From: Octopus vulgaris
Taxonomy: Eukaryota
Length of the DNA: 64,000 nucleotides
Assembly (NCBI GenBank): GCA_951406725.2
Contig: OX597829.1
Location: 19,096,001 to 19,160,000 of the forward strand
Reading direction: 5' to 3'
Shown piece by piece: positions 25,940 to 39,380 of this stretch; within the stretch, counting starts at the first letter, position 1, and every line of letters begins with the position of its first letter. The translations under genes and the position numbers were made by a program. The notes beneath the pieces are model-generated. The model worked only from the letters and a program-made list of their open reading frames with translations. It was not told where the DNA came from and did no database searches.

Positions 25940-26237
25940 AGCACCACCACTGACTGAGCTACACCATTATTTGGAACCTTCTCTAATATGTGGCATTTGA
26001 TCAATGAGGGAGTTCAATGCTGCTGCCCCCATCTATGTTTCCTGCTGTGAAGTAGGTTTGTCTAAAACCTGTAACAGGAAGAGATCCAGTTTAGTTTTAA
26101 AGACACTTACATCCACACCATGCAAGTCTTTCAGGCATTTTGGAAGGATATTAAAGAGCTGTGGGCACTTGAAGCCCAAGATGTTGCAATATCTGGCCCT
26201 GTATTTTGATGGCGATGCTGGGGTCCTTGGCACTATG
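25940..26237 (-). mobile_element. CR1/Jockey-group LINE 3' fragment
   Basis: PQLFNILPKCLKDL..VSVFKTKLDLFLLQVLDKP matches the LFNxLP..FKxxLD C-terminal motif. Confidence 0.7.
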
Positions 26238-26239
26238 GC

Positions 26240-27094
26240 TAAACATTTTCCAAAAGACAGTAAATACTATAGAATATTTATAAACATAGGATTAGACTAA
26301 CCTTTTCTAATAGCAAAAATCTAGCACAAATTATTGCAGCACACAACACTAGTAAATTAAACAGTTTTCATATAAACAATAACAGCAATAGTAACCAGAA
26401 TAATAATTATTAAATCAATAACTTGTAACAATGTCAACATGAGTGAACAAACTATAAGTAACACAACTAGGTATTAGGATAGAAAGTATGGTTTCACAAC
26501 AAATAAAATAGAAGCTACCCGAACAAACTCATGCATTAGCCTGGAAGTGGAAGATGTGAATCCTAAAAAGTGCAGTATTCAGAAGGTTGTCTATGTGGGA
26601 AAGAGTAATGGCTTAGAAGATAGACAGAAGAATTTAGAAATCACTTCTGGTGAAGCTGAAGTGGAAACAATTAAAGGAAGTAGTAGAACCATCAAATGCA
26701 ACTGTGCAAGGAACAATTGCATTTGATAGTTCTTCTATCAAATGTTCTGCCTCCTTAACTCTAATTGTAAATGTAAAAATATTGTATACAGATGTAAGGT
26801 TACCTCAGAGAATAGGGAGTGCTTCTATATAGAAGCTAGTTCATGTTATACAAAGCAAAGACTTGCCAATTATATAAATTCATTGAGATATTCTTTTATT
26901 TGTTTCAGTCATTTGACTGTGGCCATGCTGTAGCACCACCTTTAGTCAAACAAATCAACCCCGGGAATTATTCTTTCTAAGGCTAGTACTTATCCTATTG
27001 GTCTCTTAAGCCGACCTGCTAAGTCATGGGGATGTAAACACACCAGCATCGGTTGTCAAGTGATGGTAGGGTACACCACAGATACACAAACACA

Positions 27095-27172
<78 letters not shown>

Positions 27173-27774
27173 CACATACACACACAATGGGCTTCTTCAG
27201 TTTCCATCTACCAAATCCACTTCAAATTGTTGGCCTGAGGTTATAATAGAGGACACTTGCTCAAGGTGCCACACGGTGGGACTGAACCCAGAACCATGTA
27301 GTCGGTAAGCAAGCTACTTACAAACACATCCATGCCTACACCTGGAGCAAATTGAATACAGGCAGCCTTAGTAAACTAATTTGGTCACTAAAAGATAGTA
27401 ACAAAACATATTCGATTGCTTGGGAATAATTAGTGAGACAAAACCTTATAGAATATTATAGATAATAGACGTGACTTTTGAGTGGAAGAAATGTACCAAA
27501 TTTTAATCTCTACATTTATGGGAACAGGCTCTAAGATGTCCACACTTGAGAAAACATATTCTTTACTCTTTTACTCTTTTACTTGTTTCAGTCATTTGAC
27601 TGCGGCCATGCTGGAGCACCGCCTTTAATCGAGCAACTCAACCCTGGGACTTATTCTTTGTAAGCCCAGTACTTATTCTATTGGTCTCTTTTGCCGAACT
27701 GCTAAGTGACGGGGACGTAAACACACCAGCATCAGTTGTCAAGCAATGCTAGGGGTACAAACACAGACACACAA

Positions 27775-27826
<52 letters not shown>

Positions 27827-28530
27827 TTACGACGGGCTTCTTTCAGTTTCCATCTACCAAATCCGCTCACAAGGCTTTGGTCGGCCCGAGGCTATAGTAG
27901 AAGACACTTGCCCAAGGTGCCATGCAGTGGGACTGAACCCTGAACCATGTGGTTGGTAAGCAAGGTACTTAACACACAGCCACTCCTGCGCCTATACGTT
28001 TAAACAATTTAAATAAACACAACTTACCATCTTTAGCAATTATGCTAGTTACAATAATGATTGTAATAATTAATGATATTTATACAAATAATAGTACTAC
28101 TACTAATAATAATAGGAACAATGATATTAATTGAGGGTATAAACCCAAAATAAGTGAAAAACTTCTGAATAAATAATGTACTCTATACAACAAAATATAA
28201 ACAAAACTGCTACAATTAATTGAAATCTGAATAAACATTTTAAAAGCATGTTTCAACTGTAATAGCAGTAGAGGTGATTATAAGACGAGAATTCCATTGG
28301 ATTTAAAAAGTAATGCTACCATCTTCAACTGAACACCAACACAAGACATTTGTTTGAATTAGTTCACTTTGAAAGTGTCATGAATGATGGAGCCTTGATG
28401 AAACTACAGCGACAAGGATGCATACTTGCATGCAGAGCAATGTGCAGTCACTGCAGTCGAAACATATGTAGGTCAGTGTTGTATATGGTGTAGAAAGCTT
28501 TTTGATAAATAAGTTTGGGATGTGAATAAA
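26240..28530 (+). mobile_element. Decayed PLE 3' half (linker, GIY-YIG, 3' end) split by two family A SINEs (26890-27340, 27560-27992)
   Basis: KHFPKDSKYYRIF..CLLNSNCKCKNIVYRCKVT..FYIEASS..KQRLANY, resuming after the SINE with LSKLIWSLKD..IAWE..RCPHLRKHI. HHR motif and AATAAA (28525) at the end. Confidence 0.75.
28391..28475 (+). ncRNA. Type I hammerhead motif with long stem II (U3-G8 core)
   Basis: TTGATGA (28395-28401), stem II actacagcgac/gtcactgcagt, GAAA, palindromic stem III ACATATGT, GUA (28468-28470), short stem I gcc/ggt. Confidence 0.55.
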
Positions 28531-28544
28531 TCTCCACTCTCTTC

Positions 28545-28920
28545 TTTTACTTGTTTCAGTCATTTGACTGTGGCCATGCTGGAGCACCACCTTTCAAGCA
28601 TATCAACCCCAGGACTTGTTCTTTGTAAGCCTAGAACTTATTCTATTGGTCTCTTTTGCCAAACCGCTAAGTTATCGGGGCGTAAACACACCAGAATTGG
28701 TTGTCAAGCGATGTTGGGGGGACAAACACAGACATACATACACACACACACATATATATATACATATGGGCTTCTTTCAGTTTCCGTCTACTAAATCCAC
28801 TCACAAGGCTTTGGTTGGCCCAAGGCTATAGTAGAAGAGACTTACCCAAGGTGCCACACAGTGGGACTGAACCTGGAACCATGTGGTTGGTAAGTAAGCT
28901 ACATACCACACAGCCACTCT
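28545..28920 (-). mobile_element. SINE family A
   Basis: Reverse-complement copy. Confidence 0.85.
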
Positions 28921-29689
28921 TCATTATCAATTATATACTCTATGGAATATTTGCAGTTCTGAATAGGAACAAAGAACTACCCAACGAGTGAAGCTTACCA
29001 ATACCAGTAGCAGTATCTCTTTTAAGTTTGAGTACTATGTAATTGGACTGTTGTGGATAGCAGGCATCTATACCAATTTGAGAGATAATATGGTAACCGC
29101 CAGGACAATTTATCTCTTTTATACTCCCACACACACACACCCACATCCCCACATGTGTATACATACATCTCATCATCATTGTTTAATGTCCATCTTCCAC
29201 TCTGCATGGGTTTGATGGTTTTTCAAGGATCCAGTGATCTAGAGGACTGCATTGAACTCCAGTGCTCGCTTAAGCAGATATGAGAGAGTATTCAGAGTGA
29301 TAACAAATATGAGAGGTTGTTAAAGGTAATGTATAGCAGTTCTAAGATGTAACTCAGAGAAGAGGGAGATACAATTGGAGATACAGAAAAGGGTAAGTAG
29401 AGGAAAATGAAATGAAAAGGGATGATATTGAGACTGAGAAATGGATGTTAAAGGAAACTGTACTAAGGGAGGGAGTGGTAGAAGAAAAGGGATGAAATGT
29501 GTAGGGATTTTGCTCTCATATGATTACAGTAGTTGATTAGTGTACTAGTTAGAAGAGTGATGGAGGGATGCATGTTATGAAGATGAGATGTAAGTAAAGC
29601 TTGATGGGGACAGACTTGGTACAAGAAAAGAGCCTGAAGAGAGTAAAGGCATAAATATAATACTTTTAGGACCTCACTTTTGCATTGAC

Positions 29690-29990
29690 AGACAGGTCTT
29701 CTTGCAACATCTTAAGACCAGCCTTCACTACTTCATTCCATATTTTCCTAGGTTGCCCTTTTTTTTTCACAATTTCCATTCACTTTTAAGTGGTCAGCAT
29801 TTACTTATACAACTGTCATCCTCTATACACATAATGACTATACCAGTGCAGTCCACTTCTTTGTATACCTCATTTGATTCGTCTTATACCCAATTCTTTT
29901 CCGAACAAACTTCAATGTAGATGTACACTAATGTTGCACATCCATCAAAGCATACTAGCTTAATTTTTTATCTAGTCTATGCATTAAGGT
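29690..29990 (-). mobile_element. Decayed RTE LINE fragment
   Basis: Diverged homologue of 2030-2310 (WNEVVKAGLKML on minus). Confidence 0.6.
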
Positions 29991-30483
29991 TCCCATATTT
30001 AATCATTATGTTAGGTGGTCTCAGTTTGGAACTCTGCATGTTCCTTTCATGAATATGCATATCGCTGTTGTTAATTTGCCATTTTGTATTATATAGATAT
30101 TACTAAATTCAATATTCTTCTTATTTTTGTTTCTATCCTTATTATAGTTCTTCGTGTTTTTGATATCATAATTATTGGCGCTAAAATTATAATTATCGTT
30201 ATTAGTTCCACCTACATTATTAACATGACCATTATTTTTATTGTCATTATCTTTAACATTATCACTGTCCTCATTATTAATACACTCCTTATTATTATCA
30301 CTATCATCTCACATATTTAGAGCATTAGGTATTAATTTTGTTACTGCTAGTATTGTAGGTAGAGTTACATTATTAGTAATGTTTTTACTAGCAGGAAGTT
30401 TATTAATGTTTATCTTAAAGCTTGAGGTTTTAGAGTGCTTCAGGTCACAAGAGAATGTATTTCTGTTATTAGGTATAGAAGAT

Positions 30484-30541
<58 letters not shown>

Positions 30542-30832
30542 TATACATACATATATGTATGCATATATATATGTGTGTGTATATGTATATATATATTATA
30601 TATATACACACACATATATATATATGTATATACATATATATATATATATACACACACATACATACATATACACATATATATGTATATGTATATATATATA
30701 TAATTATGTATATATGTATATATGTATGTGTGTGTATATATATATGTGTGTATATATATACATACATATATATATATATACATACATATATACATATATA
30801 CATATATATATATATACATGTATACATATATA

Positions 30833-30912
<80 letters not shown>
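30484..30912. repeat. Compound TA/CA/TG microsatellite
   Basis: Directly visible. Confidence 0.95.
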
Positions 30913-31629
30913 TGCATGTGTCTACACATATATAACATCAGTGGTACACATGTCTGAAAATGAAGCACATTCTAAATGTTAGAGCTGTAATGCATTTACA
31001 GGAAGTTAATTATATGGTTAGGCATAGAGTGACCAATGGTTTCATATTCATTTCATGTCCAGCTTCAAAAGAGGCAAACTGTCTGCAGCCATTAGAGTCC
31101 GACAAGCCATCCATAAGGCTAAGTGTTTTATGGATGCAAAGCCATTGGTCACTCTATGACCAGCCATATAATAAACTCCCTATAAATATATACATATCCC
31201 TTTTAAAAAATTTTTTTGTTTGTTTCAGTCATTTGACTGTGGCCATACTGGAGCACCACCTTTAGTCGAGCAAATCGACCCCAGGAATTATTATTTGTAA
31301 GCCCAGTACTTATTCTATCAGTCTCTTTTGCTGAACTGCTAAGTTACGGGGACATAAACACATCAACATCAGTTGTCAAGTGATGGTGGTGGGGACAAAC
31401 ACAAACATATATATATATATATACGCACACACACATATATGCATATATCTATGCATATATGCATGTATGTATGTATGTATGTATGGGTATACAGACCTGA
31501 GCCTCAAGCAGGGAAAAGAGTATTCAATACAAAGGTTTTATGTATGGATTCAAAAATTCATTATTTGTGAGTTTGTCACTAGGTGTATTCTTTAGGAAAC
31601 ATAAGAAAAATGAATGAATGATCTTGGTT

Positions 31630-32062
31630 AACCATTTAGCATTTAAACTAGCCATATCTGGCCAAAATATCCTATATGTTTTACCTTCAAACAGACCAGA
31701 TTTGGTCTCTCCTACTTACCCACCAATGTCATTCTGAAAATAAACAATTCTATCACTGAAATCTCAAAGCCATGAAACAATGCTTGATTAATTCAAAACA
31801 ATGTGAATAAATAAGCATTACATTTAACAGGGTAATCTGAATGCTAAAGGGCTGAAGCAGTCATATCCTCACCAAATATTCTGCCTGTTTTATGTTCAAA
31901 CTGACCAGTTTCAACATCTCACATCTACCCTCAAAAATCACTCAAAAAATAGACAATCAAGTCATTGAAATCTTGAAGCAATGAGAGAAGGCGTTATTAA
32001 TTTGAAGCAATGTGAATAAATAAGCATTATAGTTGATAGATTAATCTGACTGCCAAAGGGTG
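31630..32062. mobile_element. Two tandem piggyBac-like MITE units
   Basis: ttaaccatttagcatttaaac..gctaaaggg, repeated. Confidence 0.7.
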
Positions 32063-32071
32063 AAGCAATTC

Positions 32072-32231
32072 AGCAGGAGTGGCTGTGTGGTAAGTAGCTG
32101 GCTTACCAACCACATGGTTCCAGGTTCAGTCCCACTGTGTGGCACCTTGGGCAAGTGTCTTCTACTATAGCTCCAGGCTGACCAATGCCTTGGGAGTGGA
32201 TTTGGTAGACGGAAACTGAAAGAAGCCCATC

Positions 32232-32285
<54 letters not shown>

Positions 32286-32494
32286 TGTTGTATGTGTGTG
32301 TTTGTCAAGTGTCACCATCACTTGACAAACGATGCTGGTGTGTTTACATCCCTGTAACTTAGCAGTACAGCAAAAGAGACTGATAGAACAAGTACTAGGC
32401 TTACAATGAATAAGTAATGCGGGGTCGATTTGTTCAACTTAAGGCAGTGCTCCAGCATGGCTGCAGTCAAATGACTGAAACAAATAAAAGAATA
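32072..32494 (+). mobile_element. SINE family A
   Basis: Head through tail present. Confidence 0.87.
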
Positions 32495-32505
32495 ACATTG
32501 TGCGT

Positions 32506-32546
<41 letters not shown>

Positions 32547-32549
<3 letters not shown>

Positions 32550-33184
32550 CCCGATTAAGATCCATATAGGCCATAAGGACTTAAGCTAGTCTGATGCCCC
32601 TATATATGTGTAATTCAAAATATAAACAATAATAATTCACAAAATAAATTTTTATTCTTCAAAATGAACCAAAACTAACCATAAGATGGAAAATAAAGTT
32701 TATTTTTGTATACTTCCACTTTATTTATACTTTCTTTTTTTAATTACAAAGCCTTTGATCAGACCCTAACTATGACACCATGAACACTTCGAACTTATAT
32801 TTCCAATCATGTAAACCTCTTCTAACTTTATTTTAGCAAGTTTAACCCTTTAGTGTTCACATTATTCTGCCAAAATTAATGCTTCTTCATCTACATTGTT
32901 TTTAATTAATCATGCATTACCTTGTAGCTATGAGATTTTGATGAGGTAGCTGTTAATTTTTAAAACAATAGTGTAGGGTTGGTGTGAGAGACCAGATCTG
33001 GCCAGTTTGAACATAAAACAGGCAGAATACTTTCGGCCGGATATGGCCGGTTTAAATGCTAAAGGGTTAAAGTGATTTTTTTTGTGACCTAAACCATTTA
33101 CCATTCCTGTGGTGACCCCCCCCCTACCCTTCCCTTGATGTCTTAAGCACGTGCTTATTTTGCTTAATGGTTAATCCAGTGCTG
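32547..33184. mobile_element. hAT-like non-autonomous element in a (CA)n tract
   Basis: Ends cagcccgattaa / ttaatccagtgctg; carries a nested MITE. Confidence 0.5.
32846..33066. mobile_element. piggyBac-like MITE (complete single unit)
   Basis: TTAA-CCCTTTAG..CTAAAGGG-TTAA. Confidence 0.88.
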
Positions 33185-33825
33185 CACACACACACACACA
33201 CACACACACAACAACAACAAACAAGTATTATTTGATTTTCCTTGGTCAACTACACTCTTCAAATGATGAAATCTTTGATCATGTGACTTTATATCTGTCT
33301 CCTTATTTACTTATCTATAAGTATTCTATATTTATCTACTTGTAATGCCAGTCTCTCTGTTTTAAGGGTCTGTTGACTTTGACTTTTCTTTTTTTTTTTT
33401 ATTAATTTATTTATTTATTTACTTTTATCCTTTCTTCTTCCTTCCACCTTGATTTACCAAAGTTTTATTATTATTATTTTTTTTTTGTACTTGCTTATTC
33501 CAGAAATCTCCATCTTATATTACCTCCTGCACCCTTGTGCTGTTTTCATGAAACAGTGGGCGTTCAGGGAAAATAATTATCACTTGTGTGTGTGTGTGTG
33601 TGTGTGTGTGAACATGAGTGTGTATGTATATATGTGTGTGTGTGTGTATAAGTTTGTATATATATTTTTACATATATATATGCATATCTATCTAGCTATC
33701 ATTCTCTATATCTATACATCAATATCTATATCAATATATGTATGTGTATATGTATATGTGTGTGTATATATATATATATATGTGTGTGTGTGTATATATA
33801 TATATATTTATTTATTTATCTATAT

Positions 33826-33856
<31 letters not shown>

Positions 33857-33877
33857 GCGAGAGCGAGAGAGAGAGAA

Positions 33878-33918
<41 letters not shown>

Positions 33919-34781
33919 AAGACAGACAGACAGACTGACAGACAGACAGACAGATAGATAGATAGATGTAGTCACAACTGTCGTTGATGTTACTTCTTTG
34001 CCCAGCATCCAATTAACCAACAATCGCAACAAGCCAATGGCAGGAGGCTCTCAATGAGTCAATATGAGACAGAGAAAGAGAGAGAGAGGGAGAAAGAAAG
34101 AGATAGAAAATTGAGAGAGAGAGAGCCTATTTTACCCTTACCGTCCTTGTGAGGTAATTAAGATTGATAGTTCTGTTGTTTTCTCCACAGGAAAATTCTG
34201 CCATTCCTCCTCCATTTAGTTGGTTTGATTCTATGAGAAGTTTGATGTAATCGAGGATACTAAGTGCTTTATTCCTCTACCTGAAATAGCAACTGACCTA
34301 GTATTTCAATCTTATGTGTGTGTGTGTGTGTGTACTTTTTTTTTCTTGTGTTCTTGTAGAGTGTTATCCTGCTGATCTGAAATTGATAATACTGGATTCT
34401 AAGATACTTTGAAAGAGGCTGGTACATTTCCTCTTTCAGAATGACTAGTTAATATAATGTGGTCTAGTGCACTTTGGCAATTCATTTTAAACCTTTTGAC
34501 CAACTTCTTTGTATGTGAAATTTGGGTGGGAAGAAGAATGCGAGACAATACTTGGTTTTCTTAATGGTTCCATGAAGGTGCAGGCATGACTGATGGTTGA
34601 GAAGTTTGTTTCGCAATCCATGTGGTTTCAGGTTCAGTCCTACTGCATCGCACTTTCTCTTGGTAGTGTCTTCCACTATAACCCAGGGCCAACCAAAAAC
34701 TTCACAGTAGATTTGTTAGCATTCAAAATCTAACAGAAGCCCATTGTATACACACACATATGCATATATTTGTATATGTAC

Positions 34782-34814
<33 letters not shown>

Positions 34815-34821
<7 letters not shown>

Positions 34822-34962
34822 ACAATAAGAAATGAAGCAATTAATTACAGTGAGAAGTGGATCGTTGATGTTATAAAATCATTTAATTAAATAATGACTT
34901 TATAACACTAACGATCCACTTCTCACTGTTATTTAATCTCCATTTCTTATCGTCTTTATATA
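34815..34962. repeat. ~150-bp palindrome in a TA tract
   Basis: ataaagacaataagaaatg..cagtgagaagtggatcgtt / aacgatccacttctcactg..catttcttatcgtctttat. Confidence 0.88.
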
Positions 34963-34992
34963 TATTAAACCATGGTTTTACCTTTTAAATTA

Positions 34993-36227
34993 TTAGGTTG
35001 TTAAGAAAGTTCTTGCGGTTTTTAATCTTTAAATTCAGATGCACATATCTCAGCTTAAACAAAATTTTATTAATCGAAACAAACACCATCAGAATCAGCA
35101 CACTTTTGCCAATGTAAAACAAGTTTACTTATGCCAGTAGCATAAAAATCCTGTGTTCTGGTGTCAATGAAGTCGTTGAAGGCGTGTTTGGCATCGTCTT
35201 GGTTTTTGAAGCATTTCTCACGCAGGAAGTTGTCGAGATGCTTGAAAGAGTGGTAGTCGGTAGGCAAGAAGTCTGGTGAGTATGGTGGATGAGGCAGAGT
35301 TTCATATCCCAATTTGTTCAACTTCTGCAGGGTCAGTTGTGCGACATGTGGCCGAGCATTATCATGGAGAAGAATTGGTCCTTTTCTATTGACCAATGCT
35401 GGCTGTTGTTGTTGGAATTTCTTATGTATTTCATCCATTTGCTGACTGTACTTCTCCACCATAATGGTTTCGCCTGGATTCAAAATGCTGTGATGGATGA
35501 GACCAGCACAGACCACCAAACAGTCACTATTGCCTTCTTTTGGTGCAACTTTGGCTTCGGAAAGTGCCGTGGAGCTTCTTTTGCATCCAACCACTGAGTT
35601 GAGCATTGCTGGTTGTCGTAAAGAATCCACTTTTCATTGCAAGTCACAATCTGGTCTAGAAACGGGTCGTTCTTGTTATGTAAAAGAAGAGAAGGTGGCG
35701 TTTTTTTTTTGGTAGTCATTCAATTCATGTGGAACCCATTTCTCAAGTATTTTTGTTTTTTATGTTACGTCTAATTGAGAAGCAAGCTCTCGAACAGTTG
35801 TGTGTGAATTGGCTTCCACTAAGGCTCTTAGTTGATCGTTGTCAACATCCGATGGCTGACCACTACACTTATCATCTTCAAGACTCTCATCACTGCTATG
35901 AAATTTCTTGAACTACCATTGTGCTGTACGTTCATTAGTGGTTCCAAGGCATTGTTGATATTGCAAGCTGTTTCAGTAGCTTTTTGGCCTAGCTTGAACT
36001 GGAATAAGAAAATTGTGCGAATTTGCTTTTTGTCCATGTTGTATTCAATGTTCTGGAAAAATGGCCTAATCATTCAAAAAGAAAAAAGAGTAACATGATT
36101 AGATAGAGCGAAAAACGGGCTTTAAAATGATATATAAAGTCAAAGTAATTTAACGAAAATTAATTTGAAAATACATCATTTAAAACCAAAATAAAAAAAT
36201 TCCACAAGAATTTTCTTGACAACCTGA
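34993..36227 (-). mobile_element. Near full-length decayed mariner (DD34D, cecropia/Hsmar1-like)
   Basis: TA-flanked TIRs ttaggttgttaagaaagttcttgcgg / ccacaagaattttcttgacaacctga. Frameshifted transposase with [50 protein letters not shown]. Confidence 0.95.
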
Positions 36228-36478
36228 TACCTACTACTGTACACCTTATAACAAGGACCATACATACTGAGGTAATACCAGGAGTGCTTATGGATACATC
36301 TGTCCTTTCGATGGTTACATTACCTCTAACTTATATCTTACACTATATATATATATATATATATGATGATGATGATGATATATATATATAAAAAAATTGG
36401 TCTGTATGTCTAGCTTTAACAACAAAAGAGTACTCCACCTAACAAGAGTAAATATTCTTTTTCATGACCACCTCACAT

Positions 36479-36547
36479 GTATGGCCCACACTACTAAAAG
36501 TTTCATGCACATGGAACCTGTGAATGTTCTTCAGGTGGCAGCCATAC
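36479..36547 (-). ncRNA. Type I hammerhead motif (inverted copy)
   Basis: Stem I gtatggctgccac/gtgtgggccatac, CTGAAGA, weakened stem II, GAAACT-ttt-AGTA. Confidence 0.55.
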
Positions 36548-37528
36548 CATCGGACTTAAGCAGTTTAAATATATATATATATATATTATCAGCTATATAC
36601 ACAACAATGTGTATATAGCTGATAAGACATATATCAGGCTATGTGAAGGAGCATTCAAAAAACGTTAAGCAAATCATTTATCAACATTCCATTACAGCGA
36701 GAAATGCAATACCATGAGGCTTTCCAGCTATGTTTGGGAACTGAAATGTAAGAAAATACCATACAGAATTAAATGGAAAATTATAGAAAAATTTACATCA
36801 TACATAAATGGTACTAATAAATGCAAGATGTGTTTGGCAGAGAGGGCACATATCCTATTTAGATCCAAGATACCAAACTCAATCTTGAACTCATGATCGG
36901 AAATTTTTAATAGTTGTAAACATATGCATAAATTTCTTCAAAAACTTGGATGCTTCCTGACGAACTGGTCAACAATTAATTTACTTATATATTTATATAT
37001 TTTTCTTATTAGCATATCATCACATATTCATATTTTTATAACTTTGTATTTTATAATATTTCAATATATATTTTAATATTATTATTATATGTATTTATTT
37101 ACATTTTCTTTACATATATAGTATTGTTAATTATGCTTGCACATGTCCCCCTCCCCATTTAAAAAAAAATGTTTCTTGTGATACTCTTTACTCTTTTACT
37201 CTTTTACTTGTTTCAGTCATTTGACTGCGGCCATGCTGGAGCACTTATATGTTTAGCTTATTATTTGTACATACCCCCTTTTTTAAATCTGCCCTATCAT
37301 TCCTTACATTGTATAAATATTTTTTTGTTCCTCAAAATTTTATCCATCCAATTTTACACCATTCGATTGTCGCATCTTGAGATTTACACTCTGTGTAGTC
37401 AGCCTAATGGTATCTTCCACATAATCTGTTCCAATATTGGGTTTCTTTCACCCTGTTTTTCAATTCAGTACAGTATTTAAACTGCTAAAGTCTGTCAGTA
37501 CAGTATTTAAACTGCTAAAGTCTGATGA

Positions 37529-37595
37529 TGTGGCTGCTGCCTGAAGAACGTGCGTAGATTCCATGTGCGTGAAACTTTTAGTAGCATGGGCCATA
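37529..37595 (+). ncRNA. Type I hammerhead ribozyme motif with intact core
   Basis: Stem I tggctgctgc/gcatgggcca, CTGAAGA (37541-37547), stem II acgtgcg/tgtgcgt, GAAACT-ttt-AGT, GUA (37581-37583). Confidence 0.72.
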
Positions 37596-37743
37596 CATGT
37601 GAGGTGGTCATGAAAAACTATATATATATGTATGTATATATATATATAATATAATATAACAAATGAAATGAAAAGGATTCTTTCAAAGGAATTTATTATT
37701 TGTAATACACACACACATGCAATATATCTATACATATATATAC

Positions 37744-37774
<31 letters not shown>

Positions 37775-37812
37775 CACATATATATATATATATAATATAT
37801 ATATATAATTTA

Positions 37813-37855
<43 letters not shown>

Positions 37856-38539
37856 ATACATGCATATGTAAATATATTTACACATATACACACACACACA
37901 CACACAAATATATATATATACATATATATATATATACATGCATATCTATGTGTATGTGTATATATATGTATATAAACATGTATCATTATCATTTTCATCA
38001 TGTTTAATGTCTACCTTCCATGATGGCATGGGTGGGATGGTTTGACATACTTCTGCACCAGACTTCTGAAACTGTTTTGGCAGGATTTTTACAGCTGGAT
38101 GCCCTTCCAAATGTCAACCACTTTACCGTAGCTTACAAATGCGCATGGTGTTTACCAATTCCAGCATCTGTTTGGTCATCTGATACCATAAGTACACTTG
38201 GTAATTCCAGGGTAAATTAATGTATTTTTTGCCTTCTCTGTTTGCATGAAACACATTGCTTTTGACAACAATAATGGTTTTTTATGCTAATTCTTGGTTC
38301 TACTTATCTATTTAGTATTTCTTCACATGTTCCAAAACATTGTCCTTTATATCTATCGCATTTTTTTTTTCACAGCTTTCATGCAGTCCATTGCTGGGTA
38401 TTGCCAGCAGATGTCCTTACCACACTTCAATATTTGGCGGCCGTTCAAATTTCTTGACTTGTAGAGGCTGCAATATTTTAATGGTACTTTAGATGTAATA
38501 ATGATGATGATGATGATGATGATAATGATGATGATAATC

Positions 38540-38766
38540 CTTTCTACAATAGGTACTAGACCTGAAATTTATGGGTGGGGGGAGACTAGTTGATTATATC
38601 GACCTCAGACTCAAGAGGTACTTAATTTATCTACCCCAAAACGATGAAAGGAAAAATTGAACCCAGCAGAATTTGAACTCAGAATAGCAGCAGATGAAAT
38701 GCCACTGAGCATTTCACCTGGCGTGCTAACAATTTTGCCAGCTCACCTCCTTAAATGATGATGATG

Positions 38767-38848
<82 letters not shown>

Positions 38849-39175
38849 CAATGATAATTATAATAATAATAATAATAACAACAACAATGATAATTATAAT
38901 AATAATAATAATCCTTTCTACTATAGACTCAGGAACTGAAATTGGTGAGGAAGGGACTAGTTGATTCTGCTGACCACAGTATTTCACTGGTATTTTGACC
39001 TTTGCAGAATTTGAACTCAGAACGTAAAGACAGACAAAATACCACTAAGCATTTTGCCTGGCAGGCTAAAGTTTCTGCCAGCTTGCCTCATTGAAATATT
39101 CTTTTCTACTCTAGGCACAAGGCCCGAAATTTTGGGGAAGGGGTCAGTCGATTAGATTGACCCCAGTACGCAACT
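38540..39175 (-). mobile_element. Three decayed SINE family B-like fragments with an (AAT)n tract
   Basis: Recurrent gaatttgaactcagaa and gaaatt..ggg segments. Confidence 0.7.
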
Positions 39176-39380
39176 ATTTATCGAAATAATAATTATTATT
39201 ATTACTGTTTCGAAATATATTACAGTGCCAATTAAATATGTAGGTTAGTTTGTTTTTTTTATCCTATTGTTACTTCAGTTTGAATTTTGTAGATTTATAA
39301 ATATTACTAGCTGTCTTGAACTCATAAAACATGTATATACATGTATGTGTAAGAAAATATATGTTCATATATGCATACAT

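Larger units (their letters stand above)
36458..37615 (+). mobile_element. 5'-truncated PLE (GIY-YIG C-terminus) bracketed by ~115-bp inverted HHR-bearing repeats
   Basis: 36627-36940 reads TYIRLCEGAFKKR*ANH..LSSYVWELK..IKWKII..CKMCLAERAHIL..LNS*SEIFNSCKH..KF. 36458-36572 is inverted relative to 37504-37615. Confidence 0.85.

Noticed and set aside
38130-38490. Possible exon(s) on either strand
   Set aside because: Splice signals conflict between strands, and a KKYxxL-like stretch suggests a decayed LINE; not resolvable by eye.
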